Counted from the first letter of the whole stretch, positions 13,785 to 26,827 are shown. The stretch is 63,955 bases of DNA, filler included, from Reticulomyxa filosa (GCA_000512085.1; 20 parts of 20 records of this genome joined end to end with filler, not necessarily neighbours in it); one strand, 5' to 3'. The notes: a model not told the origin generated them from the sequence alone. Translations and numbers: made by a program.

Positions 13785-13989
13785 CTTCAAAATACAACTT
13801 TTTTCACAAAAGTTAATATCGATTATGAAGTGTGTTAAATGAATTTTTTTAAGTAGTAAAAGGGTCTTGCTCGAATTTTCTTTACTTTTCTCGACTTCAA
13901 AATTTTCTTCAAACTTAATATATGTTGAAGCATATAGTCACTTCCAACTTAAATCTCTTCAAAATACAACTTTTTAACAAAAGTTAATA
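13785..13989 (+). repeat. Direct repeat pair of about 33 bp
   Basis: cttcaaaatacaacttttttcacaaaagttaata (13785-13818) and cttcaaaatacaactttttaacaaaagttaata (13957-13989). Confidence 0.85.
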
Positions 13990-14113
13990 CAGTAAGATAA
14001 AAAAGAAAGTTGANNNNNNNNNNNNNNNNNNNNNNNNNNNNNNNNNNNNNNNNNNNNTTAATTAATTAANNNNNNNNNNNNNNNNNNNNNNNNNNNNNNN
14101 NNNNNNNNNNNNN

Positions 14114-15168
14114 CTTCTTCTTCTTCTTTTTCTCCATCTCTTTTTAAATTTTTTTCTTCGTCACATGTTTCTTTTTTCAATTTTTCAAGTTCGTTTGGAA
14201 GCGCCATCTGTTGAAATTATGTAATTATCATATTATTACCACTTGTGTTTTGTTTTTCGTCCATGTGTAAAAAAAAAAAAAAAATTTTCCTGTTGATCAT
14301 TACAATTGAGACTATCCTGTTGATTTTGCACGAGCTGTTGCTTCAACGTAGAATTCTCGTTGAGTAGCTTTAATACATCTTCATAGTGTTTCTTATTGTT
14401 CAATTCCATTTCTGACTTCAATTCTTTGTCATCTTTCTTATTATATTTCATTAATTGCAAACATTTTTTCTTTTTTTTTTTTTATAAATCTTATTTAAAA
14501 GAACAAACACAAATAATATATATATAACTCGCAATTGTTGGATGAGTTGCTGCATTGATGCGAATTCATTCATAACCAAATGGAAATGCTCTTTCATCCC
14601 TGAAACCAAATGGTCTTCCAAATTATTTTTTGGACAAACGTGCTTACATCCAAAATGCTTAAACCAACATTCTGAAAATTCCAATACACATGACTTATTC
14701 AAATGCTCACTCAAGTCTTTTATTTGACCTTTGAAATCACAAATGTTTGCCATACATTCCGATGTCTTTCCTTCTTTGTTGCTTTTCCACATTTCCAAAC
14801 TTTGTCGGAATTGTTTCGGACACATTACAGTCAAATCGCCAATACGTCGCTGTGCCAGTTTATTTTTCATATATTTGCAATTCTTATGAGATCGAACTGG
14901 ACATGTATTATTATTGATCGCGAGAAATTTTTGTATACAATTCTCTCCTGCAATTAATGTCTCGTCTAAATCTTCATGCTGACTGCAATTGATTTCGACT
15001 GGGTTGTTTGCAACTTGTTTGCAAATCAGGCAAGTCAAATGATTAATTTGTTCAGTTTGGTTAAATTGTAAAACCCAGTTCTTGTCAAAGCATGCACGTT
15101 CAAAAGAAAATGGAGCCACTCTAGTTTGCTGCTCATCTTTCAGTTTTTCCTCTTCAGCTTTGTTCATC
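14114..15168 (-). CDS. Degenerate RING + TRAF-type zinc-finger + coiled-coil protein; 3' partial
   Basis: [28 protein letters not shown] (RING-like), [41 protein letters not shown] (TRAF zinc fingers), then coiled coil. Intron donor at 14528. Start probably MNKAEEEK (about 15168). Confidence 0.85.
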
Positions 15169-16214
15169 TTTGCTTTAAGAAATTTTTTTTTTTTTTTGTT
15201 TGATGAACTATCCGAATCATACATTTTTTTTTTATAATTCTGTTCTTGTTTACCCCTTTTTGGCGAACCAATTTGCCCTAGTTGAGAACTATTTTTATTT
15301 GTTTTGATAGAAATTTCTATTCAGACGTAGGTCTTAGTACCTATTCTCAATTTTTTCCTTTACTTTTCATAAACAATTTAAAATCAATCTAATGATTGAA
15401 AATATTTATAAAGTAGCATACTACGCTTATCATTTTTTTTTACAGTTTAAATTTTGTTTTTTTATACATAAAACTTGACACAATATTTTCTAAACTTTTT
15501 TCTGTTACATTTGTAAAACTTGTGCTATTTTAAGTGTACAATGTATTTTTTCACATACAGTTTTCACAAACGCACCTAAGAAATATTGTTGCAATAAAAT
15601 AGTTCATGGATGTATGAATACCACTGTTTAAGTTGATTTGTTGAATCTATTAACAACTGATTCTTTCTTGAAGAAAATGAGCAAAGCGATAAATTTGAGC
15701 AATTTAACATTTTGACCAGAAATTCAATATAATATCTCACAATGTAACTTTATGCTTCCAGGAAAATCACAGAAAAAAGTCTTAAAGCACAACAGATTTC
15801 GGGTTACTTTTTTTAACCTTCACTTACAAAGTACGAACACTACCCCGTTTACAAAAAAAAAAAAAAAAATATCAAAAAAAGACGATAAAACAATGAATAA
15901 ATGATTTGTGTATTGCTTTATAATTATGAAGAAAAATACTGTCTTTCATATATTAAAAAGAATGATGTCCCTAAAAGAAGTAAGAAGAGAGGACAAAACA
16001 ATGCCAAAAAAAAAAAAAAAAAAAAAAAAGGAAAAAAAAAAAAAAAAANNNNNNNNNNNNNNNNNNNNNNNNNNNNNNNNNNNNNNNNNNNNTTAATTAA
16101 TTAANNNNNNNNNNNNNNNNNNNNNNNNNNNNNNNNNNNNNNNNNNNNAAAAAAAAAAAAAAAAAAAAAAAGCCAAACAAAGTATACGTATATAAATTAT
16201 ACATATATAATTTA

Positions 16215-17095
16215 TATAACCCAATTGCAAGTTGTGAAGACTTGGCACATAAAATGGCACGTTGCAAATTTATCCACATGTTGCAATAGATGGCGAATAT
16301 GAGCAAAACCACGTGGAAAAAGCCTTGAACGAGGGAATAGATGAAGATGTACATGGTCATTTCGTCCAACTCTTGCGATTCGACGTGATACCAATAGAGT
16401 CTGTGGACACCCTGCTTTGCGTTCTTGCTGCTCGCAACGTCGCTATCGCTGTAGAGCCCATGACGCAATCGATAAGGCAGCAAACAACATTGTGGCAATA
16501 ATGCAATGACAATCGCTTCAATGCACAGAATGCGAGTAAACACGCCAATTTCTCCTTTCAAATTGTATACATCACACGTTTGGCGAATGCACACGTTGCA
16601 TTTCTGACAGATCCATAATCCTATTCCCAAGAAAAGTATCACCATTATTTGGGTTTCTGCTTGCAGTAGCACATTTTCATGCATTACATCCAACTCATAA
16701 CCACTACTTGCATATACAATACTTTTATTTTTATACAAGTATATACACACATGTATATAACTTTATACATTATTTATTTATTTATTTATTTACTTATATG
16801 TGTTTACACCATCTCTTTTTTTTTTTTTTTGGACATTGTCATACTCTTCTCACACCTGATACTCAAGAATAATATTATCCAAAATAAAAATATCAATGAC
16901 AACAAAAAACGGCCATTCCCTAATGTTTGGCGGTATTTTAATGTCCAGTCCTTGTAAAATGGGTTAAGTTGTTTCATCCATTCCCATCTTAGTATACGTT
17001 CTGTGTTGCACCAACCATACGTCATCAGCCATACTCGACAGACCATACCATTCAATATCAATAACTCCATCGTTCGAATTGCATTCACCACTACA
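16215..17095 (-). CDS. Multi-pass membrane protein, 7TM(-RGS)-like fragment
   Basis: Several hydrophobic helices across two exons. Motifs CRVWLMTY and RQTCDVYNLKGEI recall the RxWxLy and D.f.ik.E motifs of protist 7TM-RGS proteins. 3' end lost at the contig edge. Confidence 0.45.
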
Positions 17096-17850
17096 ACTGG
17101 AACGTTTTTTGCATATTCGAAATTGCTCGGAACTTTTTTTTATATTATTGTTGGCTATGTTCCTCCCCTCTTCCTTCCTCACCCCCCCCCCCCTCTCTTG
17201 TCCATTTTTTTTTTTCAAACACAAACTTCCCAATCCGGGTCAAACGTAACTGCACACGAAAAAAACGCAAAATGCAAACAAAAAAATACTGTCCATTGGT
17301 CTGCGTCTTTTCAAATATTCGACTAAGCAAGTATGCACATATTAAAAAAAGTACGTCCAACACTTTAAAAATTTGGATTTAGACAATATGTACGTGCACA
17401 GAAAAAACCATACCGTCACGAAATTTATAATACCAATAAAAAACGTACAGTGAAAATGGTAAAAGTATGAACAATTTAAACGCAAGCAATACATTATAAC
17501 AAATAAGGAACACCTTGCTTAAAAACATTCTTACACCAAGTCTTTTTTTTAAGAAAACGAGTTGACCCTTTCATTTTTGCTTAGAGGTCTGTGTTGGGTC
17601 TGACCAACATGTGTTGATTCCAACAAGGTCGTTATGAGGAGGTCTCAATCTCGTTTTTCTATAAAATATTATTCAAATGAAGACTGAAATTGGGAAATAG
17701 TATCTGTTTGACAACCAAAGAAAAGATAAAAGTTTGACATTGGATTAAATTGTTTACAATATCGTTGCAAGGAAGAAAAAAAAAAGCAAAACCAATTGAT
17801 CAATGAATTGTCAAACCGGAGAAATGAGTAAAAAGATTACAATTGTGAAA

Positions 17851-18287
17851 TTAGCTCTTTTTTTCGACTTTCTTATCATTTTTCAAGTCAATGAGTAATT
17901 TTCTCATCCTCTCTTGGTCCCCGGACAATCCCTTATTTTCAGTGGAGTCTTGCAAATTCACCATTCTCGCCACTTGTTCCCACACGGTTCCATGTTCAAA
18001 TACAGATTGCAAATCTTCACGCAGTTGTTCTTCCTTTAATCTGATCTCAAAAAAGAATTGTTTGATCATTTGACACAAACACATTACAAGATAGAATGGG
18101 ATATATCACGTAACCCCCGATGTCCATTCAAAGACTTTTTTTGTTTGTTTGTTTGTTTATTTGTTTGAGAGCATAAGCAAACAAATATTACTTGTTTTGC
18201 TTTTTTGTTTCGGCCACCCTTCTCTTGCGATCATCATGAAATTTGTTTATATCATCTTTTGCTTGTATTTGTGATTTGTCCTGACAA

Positions 18288-18333
<46 letters not shown>

Positions 18334-18929
18334 GCTATTTTGACAGACCTTGTTAATGTGTTTTTGCTTGTCAAGGTTTAACTTGTTCCTCTTTTTCTTG
18401 CTTGGCTTTCTCTTCCAACATTTGGCGATGTGATTCCAACCATACGCTGTTTGCAATCATTTTGTGGTTCATTTTATTGTATGTTGTGTTGTATATTTTG
18501 GCTTTGCTTCACCAACCGTCCCACAGTCCGTCAAATTTAATTTTTTGTTTAGTGTTAGGCCAAGAGAGAGAGAGAGAGAAGAGGACATTGCTTGACAGAA
18601 AAAAAAAAATCATTGTTGTTGTCATTGGTGCGGAAAAATGGCACTCAGTTTTTTTATACTTTCAATCGATGCTATTTTTGCTGCAACATGACACTGCATG
18701 CTGTATTGCTGTTTTTTTATTCGGTGAACCTGAAGACGGTGGGCTCTTGGTCTTCTGGTTGCTTAGAGTCTTGTTGCATTTGTACGTCGTCGAATATATC
18801 GTCTTGCTTATCACTCGTGGGATTGTTGACTGTTTCAGAGTTTACAAACGTGTCGTTTGCTTCCCCATTTTCGTGGGAGTTGCTCTCTGTAAAGTCTCTG
18901 AATGCATGGTTGTTCGCAGTAATGTTCAT
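17851..18929 (-). CDS. CLC: Clathrin light chain, spliced
   Basis: Acidic N-terminus, then VWLESHRQMLEEKAKQEKEEQ, AKDDINKFHDDRKRRVAETKKQN, LKEEQLREDL..GTVWEQVARMVNL..DQERMRKLLIDLK (CLC C-terminal signature). Exact start uncertain. Confidence 0.85.
18289..18332 (+). repeat. (ATT)n microsatellite in a CLC intron
   Basis: About 14 perfect att units. Confidence 0.95.
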
Positions 18930-19220
18930 ACTAATGTTTATTTATCAAAATTAGCTTTTTTTTCCTATTGAAATATGAAACACAAAAAGTTTAATGTTCA
19001 AACTGCATTTTTTGCTCCCCCTTTGCCGAACGTTTGGAGTTCTGTTTTCTGAAGACTGAACTTGCACCGGCGCAGGAAAAAATTATCGTTTGTTTGAGAC
19101 ACACCTTCGACCGGTTGTTGGCTGTAGAACAACCCAACATAATAAAAAAAAAAAAAAAAAGGGGAAAGAAAATAAATTCAGTCCGTAGTGATTGGCGTTA
19201 AAAAAAAGGAAGAATTAGCA

Positions 19221-20887
19221 ATGGACAACTCATTAGTAAATGGTAGTCAAAACGTGGTAGTGGGAGTAGATGTTCAACTTAAGAATGGACTGTCAAACGC
19301 GGACACACAAAAACTTGAGACGCTGCCCCCTCCCATGCCATTAGGAGTCGATTTGCCCAGAACCATTGAGACTCCGATGTTTGGCGGACAAATGGGAATG
19401 GATGTGGCAAATTCAGGAGGGAACAGGATGCACTGGAGCACATATCAGCATCTGTTTGCAGTTTGCAACTCTGTTCAAAGTGATTGTCAAAAAGAAGGAA
19501 TGAAGGAAGGGATAAGGAAAGAGAGCATAGCTAAATTTTTGTGATTTTTATAGTTTGTTTATTTAAAGAAAAAATATTTTATTGTTATTGTTCCTTGTTC
19601 TATGAAGCGGTTGCATGCAATATGAATAAGAGCACATTGACATTTTTTTTTTTTTTTTGAAATAAAAATATGTTTGAAAAGGAGTGTGAGCGGATGCACA
19701 AACGCTAAAAAAAATGGTAAGTCCAAATGTGTATGTATTACATATGTGTGTGTGAATGACAGACAAAAAGAGAGAAAATGTATGTTTTGTGATGTGCAAA
19801 AAGTTGAAAGAGAAAAAGCGCTTACAAAAGCAATGGGAAGAAGATCGATCCATTGCAAGGTAACTTTTTTTGTGTGTGTGCATATGTATATTTTGTTATT
19901 GTACGCAGCCTTTTCTAAAGAAAGTATAGTAGACTTATGCAAATCCTTTCATTTTGAATAGTTTGAATAAAGAACAATGCTTGGAAGAGCTGAAAAGAAC
20001 AGAAGGCCAATTGGCATATTGGAAAAAAGAGCAACAAAAATGGTCGAAGCGACGACAGCAGCAGCACGGTGTTGAAAAGGACAAAGACAAGATTCAGGAG
20101 GGTGCCCCGTTGCATACACATTTCCAAATGCACAAAGATGAGAGCGAAAGAGGACAGCATGAGCAACAAGAAGAAGAAGAAAAACAAGAAAAAGAAAAAG
20201 AAAAAGAAAAAGAAAAAGAAGAAGAAGAAGAAGAGGAAGAGGAAGAAGAACGAGAAAAAGAAAAAGACAAAGACAAAAATAAAGATAAAGATAAAGATAA
20301 CAAAGACAAAGAAAGGGATAATACAAAACAAAAAAGAATTTCAAAGCCAAGGGATCGAGCAAGAAGAGTGAAATACGAAATTGTAACGAAAGGCAGGACA
20401 AAGGAAACGTTTCGCATTTGGAATTTTTATGTCCCAACGGAGCGACCTTTTTTAGGCGAAGGCACTTATGGCGTTGTCATGTTAACTTTTTAATGTTGTC
20501 CATTTTTTTTTTTTTTTATGTTTGTTATTCGTTATTGTGCAATCCCCTGTTATTTTTTTATGTTCGGTTTAGTCAAGCACGTGATCAGCGACTACTGCAA
20601 ACCAAAGTCGCAATCAAAAAAGTGAAACATGTTTTCGACAATTTGGGAGACGCCAAACGCGTTTATCGTGAGCTTCAATTGCTTATCCATTTCCAACATG
20701 AAAACGTTTTGTTTTGTGTCTATCCAAGGCAAAAGCCACGTGTATATATGTTTTGTGAGGGGTGCAGTGATCCGCTTTATCGTGTTCCAAATGAATAGAT
20801 CATTTCGCTAATTGGAGTTGTACCACCTAGCAAAGATGAAATTGAAACGTTTCAAGACGTGTATGTTTTTTTTTTTTTTTGAAATGT

Positions 20888-20924
<37 letters not shown>

Positions 20925-21182
20925 GTGAATATGAAATATATGTTGCGCAAACATACATGGACATCAAACAACAACATGTGAAAAGATACTATGTGATGCC
21001 AAAGGCAGACGGCACATTGAAAGATGTAATTACCCGTGGGATTTATGGAGAAGATCATGTCAGGGACTTTGCTTATCAGATTGCAAAGGCACTCAAATTC
21101 ATTCACTCTGCTGGCGTGTTTCATCGAGATTTAGTTGAGTCTACTTTTCTCTTTTCAAGTATATACATATATGTATATATAC

Positions 21183-21222
<40 letters not shown>

Positions 21223-22245
21223 TAGAAACCGGAAAATATCCTAGTGTCTCAAGGCAAAATCAAAATAACCGATTTTGGATTGGCTCAAACTACCGACGGA
21301 TTGGACCGAACCGAGTATGTAATCACTCGCCATTATCGAGCACCCGAAGTAATGTTGTCACCCAAACAATATGGCGCCTCGGTCGATATGTGGGCTTTTG
21401 GCTGTGTCGTTGCTGAAATGATCACTCGCAAAGTGCTGTTTTGTGGCGAAAATTGTTACGTACATTCTATGTATCTTTTTCATATGCAACACAAGTGTTT
21501 CAAACGCACCTTAAATGGTTGAATGCCATGAGACCGGACTTGAACTATGTGCACACAATCAAAGATCACAAAACTTTGGAAATGCACTTTGAGCTGTTGG
21601 GATGTCCACAATTGGAGTGGATCACTCACGCGGACGGATTGGCGTGGGTCAAAGAACGAAAGTTCCATGAAAGGCCAGGACAATCTTTTCAACTGCTCTT
21701 TCCCACTGCAACCAAGGAGGCACGAGAGTTTTTGCAAAAGTTGCTCATCATGGACCCCTCTCAGCGCATGCAAGTCAGCGATGCTTTAAGACATCCCTAT
21801 TTTGCACCCATTCGAAAACGAGAAACTGAAGTTTTTTTTTTTTTATGTGTATTTTTTATTCATTGATGGGTGTTCACATCAATTGGTTTCAATAGAGGAA
21901 ATGTTCCAAATTTGAGCTTACCATTCCAGACAATGAGTTTCAATTGCGATGTTTAGTCCTGTACACATTATACATATACATATATATGTACAGATATACG
22001 TACATGTATATATGTAAATATACGTATTATATATGTATATATACGTATGTACATATATGTATTTATGTGTACTTAATGTGTGTGCATATGCGACTATTGC
22101 TTTATATTATTAAAAAAAAGATGAAATGTTTCAAACATTGAAGAACTTTCGAATTGGAAAAAATTGGGACAAATTTCAAAACTCTAAAACTACACCTGAA
22201 AAACCACATTACAACACTGTCATTCCACAATTAAAATCCGAGTGA
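19221..22245 (+). CDS. MAP kinase (TEY activation motif) with long charged N-terminal extension; about 10 exons
   Basis: LGEGTYGVV, VAIKK, AKRVYRELQLL..HEN|II, HRDL|KPENIL, DFGLA..TEYVITRHYRAPE, DMWAFGC, ALRHPYF. Manual model has 9 frame-preserving GT-AG introns (first 19461-19803, second 19860-19961); TGA stop at 22243-22245. Confidence 0.9.
20161..20320 (+). repeat. Low-complexity E/K/D coding repeat (GAAAAA, GAA, GATAAA units)
   Basis: Encodes EEEEKQEKEKEKEKEKEEEEEEEEEEREKEKDKDKNKDKDKD in the MAPK N-terminus. Confidence 0.9.
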
Positions 22246-24564
22246 TTTTATTACCCTCTTTTTTTTTTTTTTTTCCCCCACGTCAAAATATCATCTTATC
22301 ATATTAAACCGAAAATATAACATATCTGTTTTGCTTGTTTTTCTGACCATAAATTGTTTTTTTCCTTTTTTTTTTCCCCTTTTCGTGGAATCTTTTTTTT
22401 CCTCTCTTTTTTTTCTTATTTTTTGTTTCGGGATATTTGGTAATTTGTATAGAATTTTTTGGTTTAGTTTGTTTTTCTAATTCTTTTTTCCGCCCCCCCT
22501 TGCTTGTTCATTATTTTTACAAAGGTGAATAAAACAAACAAGAGAAAAGGTTATCCACATTAATAGTGGCATCTGGAATGGTCAACGCTTTTGTGGATTA
22601 CTGCGAAGAGAACCTGCAACGCAAAAATGTAGTTTGGGTTACCCAATAAGAGAATACACATGGCAAATTATTAAAATAATTTATCTTGTTTCAGTTTCTC
22701 CTCGTTTTTTTTTTTTGTTGTTGTTATTATTGTTGCTTTGCAGCTTTGCAACTTTTCTTTTCCTTGGGTAGGTTTGATTGTGTTGTTGTGTTATTTTGAT
22801 ACAGTGGGCAAAATAAAAGACCAGCGACACAAACAAACAAGAAAAGACAAGAAAAAACATAATAAAAAAATGCTACCATGATTTTATTGGTTCGAATTTT
22901 CCACTGTGTAATTTAGAGGTTCTTATTTCTTTTTATTTTTATGGTTTAATTAACCACCATGCGTTGGATGATTGTCCTTCAACTTTTTTGTTAGCGTGCT
23001 TTTTGGCAACGTCAAAATATCTTTCTTTATACTGCATTTCAATGGGTTTTTCCATTTCAATTTTTTTTATTTCATTTGCATCAAATAAAGGCTTATTAAA
23101 CTAAACTATCACGAAATTTACTCTTATCAATATAAACTTTTAGCTTTACCCTGCAACATAAGAAGCTGATCTGAAAACTCGAAAAAATAACAGATACAAT
23201 AAATGACGGTAAATGGAAAATCGCAACAACATCTACGCCTACAACGTACAAAAGAGATATAATTCAAATGAATCAGTACCAAAAACAGAAAGTGTAATAC
23301 GAAAGTTACTTTTGTGAGCAAAATTTCAACAGAAAAATGATTATGCGCAAAAAGTCCGTATGTTTCAAGTCTTTTTTAATTTTATTTGTTTACGACAAAT
23401 CTTCGATATTTTTTGTAAATATTTTTTTCAACAAGCCACATATTACGCCAATTAAAATTAAATGAAAACATGGAAATGGGAAACTTCATACAAATGCCAA
23501 TACTTTGATAACACTTTTTGGTAAATTTTGCTGAAATCGAATAATTATTATTGAATTGAGACATCAGATTTTACTTCCAGAAATAGTTTAAAAATACAGT
23601 AGTTTGCATACTATTGTTACTTTATAAATATTTTCAATGTTTCTATGATGTGATCGATGATTTTGTGCTATTTTAAGTGCACAATGTTTGTTTAAATAAG
23701 TATTTTTCATCATTTTTTTTGTAGTTTGTTTTGTTAGATTTATAATAATATCGCTGATACAATTTTAACTTTTGTTTTAAATCAACTAGGGCATTAATGC
23801 ATCACAACAAATAACACCGTTTCCAACAAAGAAATTGCAATAAATTTTTTGAATTAAAACAATTTAAAAAGCTATACGTATCCAAAAGCAATTTAATGAC
23901 GACGGTGTTTTAAAAAATTAGTTTATTTTCATGAAAAAAATGGATTATCTTCATAAAGTATGATATGATTGTATTAAAAAATCAGTTGAAATGATCTGCA
24001 ACAAACAAATTGTATTTCGTGCTACACAAAATGATACATTTGGCAGATCGACATTAAGAAGGACAAAAATTCGAAAAAGATACTTGCCGTAAAGCAAGAA
24101 AAAAAAAGACAAAAAAATTTATTGAAAAATAAACTTAGAGTATTAGTACTATATATAGTTTCATATAGTTAACAATAATGAATAACTGTATATCTTCACT
24201 TGTGCTAATCCAAGTACTTTTTTTGGACCATGCATCTTTAACTTGAATAAATTCGACTGCAATTATCAGTTGCGTAATGTCAATATTTTCCAAAGCAAAT
24301 GATTGACTTTTTATTCTTGTAATATATTACGTTTAAGAGCTATGTAAATTGACAAATAGTTATTAGTAACGAAATCAAAGTTTTGTTTTAGCCGAGAAAG
24401 CTATTGCATATTGCAGAGCACAGCTCCAAAATTTTCTTCTTCTCGTTGTTTTTTTTTAGTGCTCATGTTTTTGCAGTTTTATCTTGCTTATATGTGAATC
24501 TTTCGTCAATTCTGTATTTTTGACTCGCAATATTTGATTATCAACGTCTTAAAACTGGAACAAA

Positions 24565-26012
24565 ATGCACCACGTGTGTTCTCTTGTAACAACAAAGGAC
24601 TTTGACGTGCCAACTACAAGCACGCCGTGGTTGAAGTGCGGCCCCCCTGTAATGAGTGTGAAAGAAGGTGGAGGTAGCCAAAATGTAGAGGACGTGAAGC
24701 TAAAGCTGACAGAAGACTATCAAAAAAGAGGAGAATTAAAGTGTAATACGAAAGAAGCAGCACAAATGAAAGAGCCAAGCAGCAGAAACGAAATGACCGA
24801 TCAGCTATGTGCAATTGAAAAAAATGAGAGAAGTGATGAAACAAGCGAGAAAGGTTTCTTACATTTTCAAAAGAGAAACTTGATTGAGATGAATGCAAAC
24901 AGCTCATTCAAGCGTGTGGAACAAGAAATTGAGCAAGTGTTACTGATGCTTGTCGAACGTGACAAGATTGATTACACGTGTTGTCGTGGTGATAGCAGCA
25001 TAGATTGTATCCATCACTGTGATAATAACACAAGTGGTGATGGCAGTGATAGTGTCAGCATCAGGCATTTCAATGGAAGAATGTTCGGAAGTAAGACATG
25101 TTGTTCGTTCCAGATTGAGTTGTGTTCGCTGTGCAGTATTGGCGACAATGAAAGGAAAGTGGCGATGGAGATACATCGAATGAGTGGTGACGGATTTGTG
25201 TTCAATTTATTTTTTTCTTTGTTCGTGGATGAAATGATCCAAAACAAACTGGTTAAAGATATTCCCAATCATTCCAATCTTCCCTCAATTCTTGATGACT
25301 TTGCATTCAATCCTTTCGCCTTCCTACCTGATTGCCACAAAGACGAGGAGCCACTTTGCAGTTTGTGTGTGTGTTTTTTTTTTTTGGAAAGAACAAAAAA
25401 AACTGTTTGCGGAAACAATGTATACGTAGTTTTGTTGCTTGATGTGTGCGAAAGATAGACTTGGAGAGCGAGATGAAGAATTGGCTGGACATGATTACAG
25501 ACGAAAACAGTGATGAAGAATGTATACGTGAGTCGACAGTACAGTGGCTGGACGCGATTTCAGTTGCAAAATGTGATAGTGGCAATAGCAACAGTAAGAG
25601 CAGTGATAACAAAAACAGCGGCGGTCAGGTCGAATGGAATGCAAACAATATGAACGAAGTCGTGTTAAATATTTGTAGAACAGAACAGCGTTTTATGTTG
25701 GATGAATTGGCAGAAATGATTGGTGGACCGTTTTTTAACGTGTTTTCCATTCGAAATGTGGTGACAATTATTCAGGAAACCATTCAATTGACCCAATCCT
25801 GTCCCTTGTCTTCTGCTCTCTCTTTTGCATTCCTCACCAGTGATCCCATTGCTTTGTTCAAGCGAATCCATCAACTCAAACGACGATGGGCCCGTGCAGT
25901 TTCGTGGCGTCTGTCTCCTTCCTGTGCTTTGCGCTTTGACCGTTCTCAACAAATTACCCGCTCTTGTAATTGTTGCCTATGTTCGATTACAATGGCTCTC
26001 AAATTCTTTTGA
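24565..26012 (+). CDS. Hypothetical protein with KA1-like domain and helical C-terminus; two exons
   Basis: ORFs of 297 aa and 188 aa joined by a probable short intron near 25360-25458. CSFQIELC..VAMEIHRMSGDGFVFNLFF resembles the vefqR.sGD...F KA1 motif. Confidence 0.6.
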
Positions 26013-26827
26013 TTTTTTTTTTTTCAAGTTTTTTTAGTTGTAAGTTGGTACATGTATTTTCGTGTGTTTATTGTGAAAAAAATAATTGCCGTATTTTAAT
26101 TGTGTTTCTAAATTGTTTCTTGATTGTCTTTTTTTATTACTATTATTATTTATACCATAACGTACATATTCAGGTTTTGGTGTTTGCTATATTTATCTCT
26201 CCCGTCATTTTTTTTTGTTTTAATTCTACGTGAGTTGTAGGTTATTGTTGTTTTGGTGGGTATTTTTTACTTTTGGTGAATACCGTCATTCATTGTTACG
26301 ATCCAGTGTTGTCAAATTTAATTGTTGGTATTTTTAACTGGTCGAAGGTTAAACTATTGTCGAACAAATCCGATCATCTTGTACTTTTTGAACTGCATTT
26401 TTTTTGTTGTTGTTGGCGGAGGCAAAGAGCGCAATGCCGAGTATCACAGAAAATGTAATGAAGAAGTACATGAGTTGTAATGAAAAACTTTGGAAAATTT
26501 GATGAATCACGTTTCAGATTACTGAAAGAGTGCGCATACAATCTTGAAAAGAAAAGCAAATGGGGCATGGCTCTCACAAAAGGATTCTCATTTGTCCAGA
26601 ACATTTTATGGTTTTTTTTTGTGTGTGGCAGGAGGTTGACAAAAGGCCCCTTCATTGTCTGTTTCTATTTGCAGTGTTGTGTTTTTCTGATAAGCAAAGT
26701 TGAAGTTTATTTCTAGAACAGGTATTGTTGTGTACTAGGCAACATTGATCTCTGCAAATTTGCATTTGCTTTGTTTTTTTTTTGTTGACACGTCTTATTG
26801 GGGGGGGGAAACAGGGAAGAAAGCAAC

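Noticed and set aside
19915-20437. Poly-Phe, poly-Leu, poly-Ser and poly-Lys ORFs
   Set aside because: Alternative-frame translations of the E/K repeat in the MAPK.
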